Below, piece after piece: positions 1 to 8,806 of a stretch of DNA of 31,416 bases. A program made the position numbers and the translations under genes. The notes beneath the pieces are model-generated. The model was given only the letters and a program-made list of their open reading frames with translations. It made no database searches and had not been told where the DNA came from. Location of the stretch: NCBI GenBank assembly GCA_003671065.1, contig QWPU01000001.1:1-31416 (forward strand), written 5' to 3'. Position 1 is the stretch's first letter; each line of letters begins with the position of its first letter. This DNA comes from Planctomycetota bacterium. Lineage in GTDB: Bacteria > Planctomycetota > Phycisphaerae > Phycisphaerales > SM1A02.

Positions 1-879
1 CGCCCTGGTGACCCGCGTCGTTGGCCAACTGAACCAGGAATGCCTGGAGTTGTGCGCGTGATGGATCCGCGTCCGTACGAATTCAGTTTCGGTACGACCG
101 ACGAGGAGATCACCAAGAACAACCTCATCTACCTTGAAGAGATCATCCAATACGAAGGCCCAAAGAGCATCGCCGCGATGTTCATTGAAACCGTCACGGG
201 CACTAACGGCATCCTCCCGCCACCGAAGGGTTACCTCAAAGGCCTCAGGGAATTGCTTACAAAACACGGCATTCTGTTGGTGTGCGACGAAGTGATGTGC
301 GGTTGGGGTCGCACAGGAAAACTCTTCGCGTTCGAGCACGGCGACATCGTCCCCGACATTTGCACGATGGCGAAAGGTCTCACCAGCAGCTACTTGCCAC
401 TCGGCGTGATGGCCGTCAGTGATCCCATCGCGCAGCACTTCCGTGACAATACCTTCCCGGGCGGACTCACCTACAACGCGCATCCACTGTGCCTGAGTTG
501 CGCGCTCGCGGCGATCAATGTGATCATCGATGAGAAACTCGTCGAAAACTCCGCGCACATGGGTCTCGTGATGGATCGACATATGCGAAGGCTCGCGGCG
601 AAACATCGCTGCGTGCGTGAGCATCGCAACATCGGATTGTTCGGAACCATCGAATTGCGCAAGAACGCGAAGGGCGATCGACTCGTCCCCTACGCAGGTA
701 CTCATCCCGTGATGGGACAACTTGGAAAGTTCCTCCGTGACAACGGCCTCTTCACGCTGCTACAACTCAATCTGGTGATGTGCAACCCACCGCTCACAAT
801 CAACGAGCAGCAAATGGCCGAGTCATTCGACATCATCGATCGCGGACTTGATCTTGTCGATGCCGTGTTTGAGGAGTGA
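1..879 (+). CDS. Class III PLP-dependent aminotransferase (omega-amino acid/beta-alanine:pyruvate aminotransferase-like), 5'-truncated by the window edge
   Basis: The frame is open from position 1 (RPGDPRRWPTEPGMPG...). Class III motifs: FIETVTGTNG, LVCDEVMCGWGRTG, PLP lysine in AKGLTSSYLPLG, and GLTYNAHP. Confidence 0.88.
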   Translation, partial: RPGDPRRWPTEPGMPGVVRVMDPRPYEFSFGTTDEEITKNNLIYLEEIIQYEGPKSIAAMFIETVTGTNGILPPPKGYLKGLRELLTKHGILLVCDEVMCGWGRTGKLFAFEHGDIVPDICTMAKGLTSSYLPLGVMAVSDPIAQHFRDNTFPGGLTYNAHPLCLSCALAAINVIIDEKLVENSAHMGLVMDRHMRRLAAKHRCVREHRNIGLFGTIELRKNAKGDRLVPYAGTHPVMGQLGKFLRDNGLFTLLQLNLVMCNPPLTINEQQMAESFDIIDRGLDLVDAVFEE

Positions 880-886
880 GTTCGCG

Positions 887-2434
887 TCAGTTCATGCGAT
901 CATGTCGCGTGGGACTACACATCCAGTAGAACGCGCCTGCCACGAAAACACCTGTAAACCAAGCGTATGGATAGATCGCGTCGAAGAACGAAGCGTCGCC
1001 TTCGATCACATGCACGCTCTTGAGAAAGCCTGGAACATTGGGCGCGACGCCAAGAAGAAGCGCGCACAGTGCAATCCAATTCACTCCTGCGTAGCGACCT
1101 TTGCTCCGATACAGATCGGGCACATCAAGCACGCGCTTGCGCAAGATCCAATAGTCAACAATCATGATTCCTGCAATCGGACCCAGCAACGCTGAGTAAC
1201 CGATGAGCCAGTTGAAGATGTAGACATCCGCGCTCGCAAGCAGTTTCCACGGCATGATGAAGAGGCCGAGCAAGCCCGTGATGAGTCCGCCGGTTTTGAA
1301 TGAGATGAGGCGAGGCGCGAGATGCGCGAAGTCATTCGCGGGGCTCACAACATTGGCGGCGATGTTCGTACTGATCGTTGCGATCGAAACTCCCAAGAGG
1401 CTGAGTATCGCAATAGACATACGACTCATTGTGCTGTCAAGCAACGGCGCATCAAGACCAGTGGGCGGCGTAGCGCTTGTGATATGTCCAAGCACAACAA
1501 CGGGGTCCCACAGCGTGCTCGGATCAGTTCCTTTGAGAACCGTTTCCGACGCGCTCGTGATGATGATCGCCATCGCGCTGAACAACACCATCGTGGTCGG
1601 AAGACCCAACGTTTGCCCGAGCATTTGTTGCTTCTGACCGCGGCCAAAGCGCGTGAAATCTGGAATGTTCAAACTGAGCGTCGCCCAGAAACCAACCATG
1701 CCCGTGAGCGAAGGAACGAAGACCACCCAAAACTCCGCGTTGGTTTTGAACGCCGATGGACGATCAAGCATCGGACCCAATCCGCCCGCGCGATTGACGA
1801 GCCAGACGAGAAGCCACAAGCCCATGATCATGATGAGTGGCGCGGACCAATTCTCAAACACGCGCACTGCATTGATGCCCTTGAGCACAATGAGGATGTT
1901 GATCGCCCAGAAGAATAAAAATGTGATCGCGCTCGGAACGCTTAGTCCGTAGAAGTTCGCATTGCCGCCGATGTCTGCAAATGTTGGCCACAACGCAACG
2001 ATGAATGTGCGCATCGCTTCACCGCCGATGAAGCACTGAATGCCAAACCATCCGCAGGCAACGATCGCACGCAACAGCGCAGGGACATTCGCGCCAACGG
2101 TGCCGAAACTACTGCGCGCAAGCACAGGAAATGGAATGCCGTACTTCGTGCCAGGATGCGCGTTCAACAGAATTGGAATGAGCACGATGATGTTGCCGAG
2201 CAAGATCGTCAGCAACGCTTGCCACCAACTCATGCCGAGCGTGATGAGCCCGCCCGCGAGCATGTAGGTCGGAATGCAATGCGCCATCGCGATCCACAGC
2301 GCGGCGAAGTTGTAGGTGGTCCATGTGCGACGCGCGAGAGGCGTGGGCGCAAGATCGCCGTTGAAGAGCGGGCTCGTGGCGATGTCTGCGGGGAGCTCGG
2401 CGAGCGCTTCGCGAGTGAGATGTGGATCGTGCAA
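887..2434 (-). CDS. NCS1 family nucleobase:cation symporter (cytosine/uracil/allantoin/hydantoin permease family)
   Basis: Many hydrophobic segments. NCS1 motifs: RRTWTTYNFAALW, GTKYGIPFPVLARSSFG, LSLNIPDFTRF, NIAANVVSPANDF, IMIVDYWILRK. Start moved from the ORF-track position 2686 (which overlaps the kinase) to a TTG at 2434 that has GGAGGT 6 nt upstream. Confidence 0.9.
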   Translation of the reverse strand: MHDPHLTREALAELPADIATSPLFNGDLAPTPLARRTWTTYNFAALWIAMAHCIPTYMLAGGLITLGMSWWQALLTILLGNIIVLIPILLNAHPGTKYGIPFPVLARSSFGTVGANVPALLRAIVACGWFGIQCFIGGEAMRTFIVALWPTFADIGGNANFYGLSVPSAITFLFFWAINILIVLKGINAVRVFENWSAPLIMIMGLWLLVWLVNRAGGLGPMLDRPSAFKTNAEFWVVFVPSLTGMVGFWATLSLNIPDFTRFGRGQKQQMLGQTLGLPTTMVLFSAMAIIITSASETVLKGTDPSTLWDPVVVLGHITSATPPTGLDAPLLDSTMSRMSIAILSLLGVSIATISTNIAANVVSPANDFAHLAPRLISFKTGGLITGLLGLFIMPWKLLASADVYIFNWLIGYSALLGPIAGIMIVDYWILRKRVLDVPDLYRSKGRYAGVNWIALCALLLGVAPNVPGFLKSVHVIEGDASFFDAIYPYAWFTGVFVAGAFYWMCSPTRHDRMN

Positions 2435-2440
2435 AATAGA

Positions 2441-2457
2441 ACCTCCGTGTTGGAGGT
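2441..2457 (-). promoter_or_regulatory. Hairpin ACCTCC-aacac-GGAGGT that contains the Shine-Dalgarno sequence of the NCS1 gene
   Basis: Perfect 6-bp inverted repeat read directly from the sequence (+ strand acctccgtgttggaggt). The 3' arm on the mRNA is the GGAGGT SD. Confidence 0.5.
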
Positions 2458-2508
2458 CGGCAATTGCACTGTGATTCGGTGAATTACCGCTGAGCGATCG
2501 ATGAGGAT

Positions 2509-4311
2509 TTACGCAATCGAACTCGGGACTCGCAATTCGAAGCAGGCGCCTGAGGTGCCCACCACTGAACCGAGCAACTGCAGCGAGCCGCCCATGCCTT
2601 CGGCTAACGCGCGGGACACGGGCAGTCCGAGCCCGAGTCCAAACTGCGTGCCGCCTTCGCGTCCAGCGCGATCGAAGGGTCGCCAAATCGCGTTGGCCGC
2701 GCGCGGAGGGATTCCCGTGCCGTGATCGCGCACACGAATGACGAGCGTGTCGTCGGCGGCGGTGAGTTGTATTTCGATCGATGCGGGCTCGTCACCGACT
2801 CGACCATATTTCGCAGCGTTCTCGATGAGGTTCGCGAGAATCTGCGTGAGCGCCTCGCGATCAATGCGAATCGACGCGTCGGCGAGTTCGTTGTGCACTC
2901 GACAGGTTGAGGCGCCCGCGCGTTCGGCTGCGGTCGCTTCAACGAGCCGCGTAAGTTCGATCGCATCAAGCATGCTGCTCATGTGATCTGGTCGAGCTCC
3001 GCGTTCGAGTTGCGAGAGGCTCAGCACATTCTCAACGAGATGCGATAAGCGAACACTTTCGCGGCAAAGCGTGTCGAGACATTCCTTGCGGCGCGTCTCA
3101 TCGGTCACCATTCCATCACGCAGCATCTCTGCGTAGAGTTGAAAGGTCGTGAGTGGCGTGCGGAGTTCATGCGTCACACTTGATGCGAAGCGCGCTTGCC
3201 GATCGCCAAATGAAATGCTGGTCCACGCGGCGAGCGCTGCGGCTGCGAGCGCGAGAATCGCGGCGCCCCACGCGAAGAAGAGCGCGGGCGTGCTTGAGTT
3301 ACTCGCAGTCGGTCCATTGAGAACGAAGAAATCACCGCGCAATTCGGCTGGAAAACTTGCCAAGCGCGTCGGCGCGAACGCTTCGATTCCAATGACCGCG
3401 GGCACAAGCGATGCGTTGTTCGCAAGATCAGCAACTTGCGCAAGCAGCGTTGTCGACAGTTGCGACCAGTCGACAAGAAATCCTTGCACGCGTGATTCAC
3501 CGCGCTCACGCACTCGCCGAATAAACGCGAGCTCAGGCGGATCGGTGGAAAGCCACGCGGGAACGAGTGGACCAACCGAGTCTTCGGTGCTGAGATCCGC
3601 ATCGGCTACTTCGGCAACTCCATCGCGCTCCATCGTCTTGCTGTTCAACTTCGTCGAGCGTTGCTCATCGAATTGCTGCGCTTCATTCGATGCTTTCGCT
3701 CGCGTGGCGTAATCGTCAATCGCGCGCTTCGACTCTTGCACGCTCGCCGTCCACGCGTTCGCAATGCTCGCATTCGACAACTCGGCTTGCACGGCACACG
3801 CTTCGAGTGATTGCTTCGATCCCCCAAGCAACCCTGCAAGACGTTTCAGCGTTCGCGCGCGCTCAATCGGAACACCCTTCTCGAAGTACTGTCCTTCCGC
3901 GAGATCGAGCAGATTGCCTTCAGGCACTTGCGGACTGGTGATCGAGCCGTCCGCGCGCACTTCGAAATGAATCGGAATCCACTCAGGCGAACTCAACAGC
4001 AACGGGCTCGGCGTCAGCACTTCACCTTTGGCCACCGACTGCAACAACTTGTTCACTGGATCCAGTGGCGAAAAGAACGCGGCGTACTCGTTCACCGGTC
4101 GAGCAGCTTCACGCGCAAGTCGCGGCGTCATCCATCCATCCATGCGCCACAGTGCGAGACGCAACGCTTCAGCGCGCGCGAAACTTGCTTGCGTTTGCGC
4201 ATGCTTCTCTTCAAGCGTGCGCACCGCGTTGGTCACGAGCCACAGTCCTGCGACTGTTGCAATCGAAGCAACTCCAAGCGCTGCGATCCATGCAGGCCGT
4301 CGCCGTTTCAA
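2509..4311 (-). CDS. Membrane sensor histidine kinase (HisKA + HATPase_c)
   Basis: N-terminal TM, large extracytoplasmic domain and second TM. H-box VTHELRTPL, N-box NLIENAAKYG, G1 DHGTGI, G2 GLGLGL. The TTG start overlaps the regulator stop (TTGA). Confidence 0.93.
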   Translation of the reverse strand: MKRRRPAWIAALGVASIATVAGLWLVTNAVRTLEEKHAQTQASFARAEALRLALWRMDGWMTPRLAREAARPVNEYAAFFSPLDPVNKLLQSVAKGEVLTPSPLLLSSPEWIPIHFEVRADGSITSPQVPEGNLLDLAEGQYFEKGVPIERARTLKRLAGLLGGSKQSLEACAVQAELSNASIANAWTASVQESKRAIDDYATRAKASNEAQQFDEQRSTKLNSKTMERDGVAEVADADLSTEDSVGPLVPAWLSTDPPELAFIRRVRERGESRVQGFLVDWSQLSTTLLAQVADLANNASLVPAVIGIEAFAPTRLASFPAELRGDFFVLNGPTASNSSTPALFFAWGAAILALAAAALAAWTSISFGDRQARFASSVTHELRTPLTTFQLYAEMLRDGMVTDETRRKECLDTLCRESVRLSHLVENVLSLSQLERGARPDHMSSMLDAIELTRLVEATAAERAGASTCRVHNELADASIRIDREALTQILANLIENAAKYGRVGDEPASIEIQLTAADDTLVIRVRDHGTGIPPRAANAIWRPFDRAGREGGTQFGLGLGLPVSRALAEGMGGSLQLLGSVVGTSGACFELRVPSSIA

Positions 4312-5018
4312 GCGCGCACCTCTGCAGCGGCCGCAAGTCGATAGCCTTTTCCGCGCACAGTTTCAACCAGCGCATCGAGTCCAACAGCCGCAAGCGATTC
4401 GCGCAATCGTGTCATTTGCATATCCACGGCACGCGTTTCAGCACCACGCGGATCAACCGCCCACACAAGGCGCAGCAGTTCTTCTCGCGAAATCGCGCGC
4501 GTGCGATTTGCCGCAAGCGCACGGAGCACTTCGACTTCACGCGCGCTGAGCGTCACGGTTGCGTTCTTACCGCGCGCTTCGCAACGAGCGAGATCAACAT
4601 GATCTTCACCGAGCGTAATCACGCGCACATCAGCAGGTCGTTCCGCACTTCGTCGAAGCACCGCGCCAACTCGCGCGAGCACTTCACGCGCACTAAACGG
4701 CTTGACGACATAATCATCGGCGCCGCGCTCAAGTCCATCAACGCGATCGCGTTCATCACCGCGCGCAGTCACCATCACAATCGGAAGCGTCGCGCGGACC
4801 GCTCGCACCTCACGCAATATCTCAAAGCCATCGCGCCCTGGCAGCATCACATCAAGCAACACAAGATCAGGCGACGCCGCAAGAATCTCCTTCACCGCAA
4901 CATCCCCGCGCGCGCAAGGAAGTGGGATGTACCCGCCGAAGCGGAGCACATCACACAACCCTGCGCGGATCGCGTCGTCGTCTTCAACGACCATCACTCG
5001 GGGTTTCGAAACAGTCAT
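4308..5018 (-). CDS. OmpR/PhoB family response regulator
   Basis: Receiver motifs VVEDD, LLDVMLPG, MVTA and DDYVVKPF. Winged-helix motifs SREELL and ETVRGKGYRL. Confidence 0.95.
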   Translation of the reverse strand: MTVSKPRVMVVEDDDAIRAGLCDVLRFGGYIPLPCARGDVAVKEILAASPDLVLLDVMLPGRDGFEILREVRAVRATLPIVMVTARGDERDRVDGLERGADDYVVKPFSAREVLARVGAVLRRSAERPADVRVITLGEDHVDLARCEARGKNATVTLSAREVEVLRALAANRTRAISREELLRLVWAVDPRGAETRAVDMQMTRLRESLAAVGLDALVETVRGKGYRLAAAAEVRA

Positions 5019-5083
5019 GAGGTCATCGTACTTCCACGGGTCCCAAGCGAATCAACGCTAGAGTCGTTGAACGCGACTGCTAT

Positions 5084-6316
5084 TCAACAATCTTCTGGCT
5101 TCAACGGCGCTAACGCCACGGGAGGCGACACAAACTTCATCCCCTTCTTCGTCGCTTGCGTTCGAATCGCTTGCTTCAACGCGTCATCAAGCGTGATGCC
5201 CGTCGCGCCCGCCTGCTTGCGTGCTTCTTCAACGAGATACGCCTCACGCTTGACTTGCAGCGACTGAATCTCTTGCTGCACACGCAAGCGATCGGCCTGT
5301 TTCGCCGCAAGAATCGCCTTCTTTTCATCAAGCGTCTTGCCCTTCATGTCGGCTGGCAGATCTTCATCCTTGATGTCTTCGAGCTTCATCGTGCCAGCGG
5401 CGCAACCATCGACAAGGTCATTCGCGCGATTGTCATAAATCGCACTGCTCTTCGAAGACGCGCGTTGAGCCGCAACCCCACCGCTGAGACCGCGCGCATT
5501 GGCGTCCTGTTCCATTTGATTGCTGCACGCCGCAAGCCCAGCTTCACCAACCCACAGATAGGTTGTGTTGATGCTCGCGCTCAGCTCAGTGAGTTGCTTA
5601 TCAAACGGCGACTCCGCAACAAGCGCGCCCGCTGATTGATCGATGCACAGGAACTGTCCGTCCGCAAGTCGCGCGACTTCGCCCCACGCTGGTGCGATGG
5701 GATCGGTCGGTGAGCCGCAGAAGATGCTGTTCACCAAGATGCCGCGTTCAATACTGGTCTTGCTCGCAACTTGATAGGTCACAACACTGTCTTGATCTGC
5801 AGCTTCATTGCCCGCGACCACGATAATGCGCAGCGCATTGGGATCGGTTGACCACAGCAGCGAACGCGCGGCTTTGTCAACAACGCGCCCAACGAGTTCC
5901 GTTCCACCGTTGGTCTTGAGTGCGAAGAGTTTCTTCGAAATGAGATCGAGATCTTCAGTGAGTTCTGAGTCGATGACGACCCAGCCAGCCTCCGAGCTGT
6001 AGGAGTCGCAGCCGTAAGTCAGCAATGCCACGCGCACTTGCGGAACTGGCTTTGCAGTAGCGAGATCATTCACGATGCTCCACAAACGCGCCTTCGCGCT
6101 ATCGATGAGACCGTCCATGCTGCCCGAGATATCAAGGCAAATTGCGAGCTCCACAACAGGTCGAGCTTCTGGTGGCGTGACAGGAGTCCCCGCAGATGCG
6201 ACCGCAGGCGCGATCGCGTCCTGACCGACTTGGGGCGTGAGATCACTGCAGGCGAAACCTGTGCGCGGCGCGAGAAGCAGAAGTGAGGCGAAGGCGAGTT
6301 GTGAGATGTGTTGCAT
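5084..6316 (-). CDS. Exported VWA (von Willebrand factor A) domain protein
   Basis: Signal-peptide-like N-terminus (MQHISQLAFASLLLLAP...). MIDAS motif LDISGSM, NGGTE and VVAGNE. C-terminal coiled-coil-like segment. GAAGGGA RBS upstream. Confidence 0.85.
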   Translation of the reverse strand: MQHISQLAFASLLLLAPRTGFACSDLTPQVGQDAIAPAVASAGTPVTPPEARPVVELAICLDISGSMDGLIDSAKARLWSIVNDLATAKPVPQVRVALLTYGCDSYSSEAGWVVIDSELTEDLDLISKKLFALKTNGGTELVGRVVDKAARSLLWSTDPNALRIIVVAGNEAADQDSVVTYQVASKTSIERGILVNSIFCGSPTDPIAPAWGEVARLADGQFLCIDQSAGALVAESPFDKQLTELSASINTTYLWVGEAGLAACSNQMEQDANARGLSGGVAAQRASSKSSAIYDNRANDLVDGCAAGTMKLEDIKDEDLPADMKGKTLDEKKAILAAKQADRLRVQQEIQSLQVKREAYLVEEARKQAGATGITLDDALKQAIRTQATKKGMKFVSPPVALAPLKPEDC

Positions 6317-6352
6317 GAGAAGTCCCTTCAGAGTGGAGTGAGAGAAATCGAG

Positions 6353-8731
6353 TTAAAGCGTTGGTTGAAGTGGATTACGCACAAGAATGTTTTTAGATTG
6401 GTGACGCACGAGCGTGTCACCAGGAAGTGAGAGCACGGACTGGCGACCTTCGTTGGCGAGTTCGTTGACGAGTGCGAAATGGCGATCGCTACCGAACTCA
6501 ATGGTCTCATCGATATGAATGGCTTCGACTTGTTGCTGCGTCGCGGCTGTCTTCGAGGCGACGAGTTGCGAGTCGACCCATGTGCCGCGATTGTTGTAGA
6601 AGCAGCGATCATTCACCTGCTGCACACTCGTGATGCGTTGCTCGCGCATCTGCGCATCGACGAAGCGGTTGTCGTAAGCCAACTGCGATTTTCCCTTCAT
6701 CTCGTTGTAGTTGATGCCTTGATTGACGGCGCCGTCGCCGCTGCGTTGACTCGCGGCGCGTGATTCAAGCAAGTCGCACGCGCCACCAGCAAGCCCGCCC
6801 CAATCGCTGAGATTCGTGGCTTCGTCGGCAAAGAACGCGGTGTATTCGGTGAGCACACCAAAGCGTGCGCTCAATCGCACGATCTCGTCGACGAGTTCTT
6901 TCACGCGTGGATCGGAACTTGGCGGCGCAGCACTCACTGGTTGCAGCGGCTGATCCGCAGCGAGTTGCCGCACTTCATCGACAAGTTCAGCGATGCGTCG
7001 CGTAGCCCACAATCGCGCGACATAACCATGACGCGTGGTAGCAATCGCAGGATCAAACGGCACAGTCGCAACCACTGCACCCGCAGCACTGCGCGCGGTG
7101 ATTTCAAGAAGCGCGGGCGTTTCGCCTACATACGCGCCGAAAACAACGAGTTGCTCGCCCGCGAACACATCAGGAATGCGTCGAGGCGCGAGATCGCGAA
7201 TGCGTTTGGTGTCTTCCGCGCCAGTAGAAGTTCGTGCAGTAAGCGCAATGTCAGCAAGCGTTGGACCAAGAAGTTGCCGCGCCACTTGCGCAACCTTTAC
7301 TTCGACATCTTCACCAGGCGCGATGTAGGTCGCACGCGCGCGCGTGAGATCAGCGACGCGGTCAAGCAGCGGAACATTCACATCGACGCCGACACCGATG
7401 GTGTAGATGCGACGGTTGTGCATGTTGCCCTTCTCGACAATCTCACGAATCGCGCGCTCCGAAGTCTGTCCAACCGTTGGCAAGCCATCGGTGAGAAACA
7501 GCACGATTCCAAGCGTTCCATCGACATGCGGCTGACGCAACGCTTCGACGAGTGCATCTGAAATGTTGGTGCCGCCGCTCGGACGCAACGACGCGAGATG
7601 CGCGCGCGCGTCCTTAACGCTCTGCTCGCTGAGGACCACTGGTTCACGCGCGAACAGTCCAACGGCGTTTGAGTAATCAATGATGTTGAAGCGCTCGCCA
7701 TTTGAAAGACCTTCGATCACTTGCAGCGCAGCGCTCTTCGCTTGATCGAGTTTGCCCCCCGCCATACTTCCTGAACGATCGAGAACAATTGTCACTTCGC
7801 GCGGCAGCGTGCTCGCGTTCGTGGTCGATGCGGCCAGCCCACCGAGCAACATGAAGTATCCGCCGCCTGCAGTTGGATCTGGATAGGCCGCAATACTTGT
7901 CGCGGCTGTCGCGAGTGTTCCGTCACCCTTCGCGCTCAGAACGCTCAGCAAGAACGGACCAGGTGCTCGTTGCGAGAGCTCATCAAGTTTGAAGTGACGC
8001 ACAAGGGCGCCCGCTGAGCGCAACACTTCGACAATGCCGTGACTCGGCGAATACACCGCAGCAATCGGCGCACTTCCCGCGAGCGCAACCTGCACGGTCC
8101 ACGGAACGGTTTGGCGAAGACTCTCGCTACGCGGCAACGCGTAGTCCACGCGACCATCGATGCTCGGCAGCAATTCTTCCCATTCAATCCGCATGCGTTG
8201 ACGCGCACCAGGCGCGATGGGAAACACACTCGAACGCAACAGCGTCGCACCCGCAAACTCAAGCAGCCCTGGATCGCGCGCGGCTCGCACGATCGAGTCA
8301 TAGAGCCGACGCGCATCATCGCGCGGCATCACGCGAGCCACACCCTCGGTGTTCGAAACTGGTTGATTCGGCGCACCGCTGTAGGCAAATCCAAGCACAG
8401 TCGCTCCCGCAGGAACAGGCACGAGCAGCACGGCTTCAGCCTGCATGTGGGAGGGATTCTCAACCGTGAGGTCAAGCGTGGTGCGCGCAACGCGTTCGCG
8501 GATCGCAACAGTCGCGTCCACTTGCACAAGCGAGATTCCCTGCGCCACACCAGGACGAATCGGCACGACACGATGCTGCGGCACGATGATGTGCGTCACT
8601 TCGGGTGGAAGATCAGGCACGCCGATCGGAGGCGCGACGATCTGCGCATGCGCGGAAACCGCGAGAAAACCCGCGAAAATAGCAGCAAACACCTGACGGG
8701 CGAACGCGAAGTTGTGAGTCGATGGAATCAT
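6353..8731 (-). CDS. Exported VIT + VWA domain protein (inter-alpha-trypsin-inhibitor heavy chain/VWA5A-like architecture)
   Basis: Signal peptide ending in SAHA. VIT-like region (ARTTLDLTVEN...RDPGLLEF). MIDAS VLDRSGSM, GGTNI, FLTDG, IGVGVDVN and WATRRI. Start taken at ATG 8731; the ORF track extends to 8773. Confidence 0.87.
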   Translation of the reverse strand: MIPSTHNFAFARQVFAAIFAGFLAVSAHAQIVAPPIGVPDLPPEVTHIIVPQHRVVPIRPGVAQGISLVQVDATVAIRERVARTTLDLTVENPSHMQAEAVLLVPVPAGATVLGFAYSGAPNQPVSNTEGVARVMPRDDARRLYDSIVRAARDPGLLEFAGATLLRSSVFPIAPGARQRMRIEWEELLPSIDGRVDYALPRSESLRQTVPWTVQVALAGSAPIAAVYSPSHGIVEVLRSAGALVRHFKLDELSQRAPGPFLLSVLSAKGDGTLATAATSIAAYPDPTAGGGYFMLLGGLAASTTNASTLPREVTIVLDRSGSMAGGKLDQAKSAALQVIEGLSNGERFNIIDYSNAVGLFAREPVVLSEQSVKDARAHLASLRPSGGTNISDALVEALRQPHVDGTLGIVLFLTDGLPTVGQTSERAIREIVEKGNMHNRRIYTIGVGVDVNVPLLDRVADLTRARATYIAPGEDVEVKVAQVARQLLGPTLADIALTARTSTGAEDTKRIRDLAPRRIPDVFAGEQLVVFGAYVGETPALLEITARSAAGAVVATVPFDPAIATTRHGYVARLWATRRIAELVDEVRQLAADQPLQPVSAAPPSSDPRVKELVDEIVRLSARFGVLTEYTAFFADEATNLSDWGGLAGGACDLLESRAASQRSGDGAVNQGINYNEMKGKSQLAYDNRFVDAQMREQRITSVQQVNDRCFYNNRGTWVDSQLVASKTAATQQQVEAIHIDETIEFGSDRHFALVNELANEGRQSVLSLPGDTLVRHQSKNILVRNPLQPTL

Positions 8732-8736
8732 TGCAT

Positions 8737-8757
8737 CGGAAAGGTACGACCCTTCCG
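8737..8757 (-). terminator. GC-rich hairpin 50 nt downstream of the prpD-like stop, a possible operon-end terminator or stabilising stem
   Basis: Minus-strand RNA CGGAAGGGU-cgu-ACCUUUCCG forms a 9-bp stem with one G-U pair. There is no U-tract, so it is not a classical intrinsic terminator. Confidence 0.3.
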
Positions 8758-8806
8758 AGCGAAAATCGATCACGCGTTTGTAACAAGCCCCGCGGCTGAT
8801 CTCGGC

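Noticed and set aside
2425-2450. GGAGGTTCTA resembling the 5' strand of a preQ1-I riboswitch
   Set aside because: There is no complementary CCTCC/CCTCT strand downstream and no A-rich tail. The pairing partner lies upstream and forms an anti-SD stem instead.
2435-2686. 84-aa N-terminal extension of the NCS1 ORF in the ORF track
   Set aside because: It overlaps the 3' end of the kinase gene, is Arg-rich and non-homologous-looking, and a TTG with a perfect SD exists at 2434.
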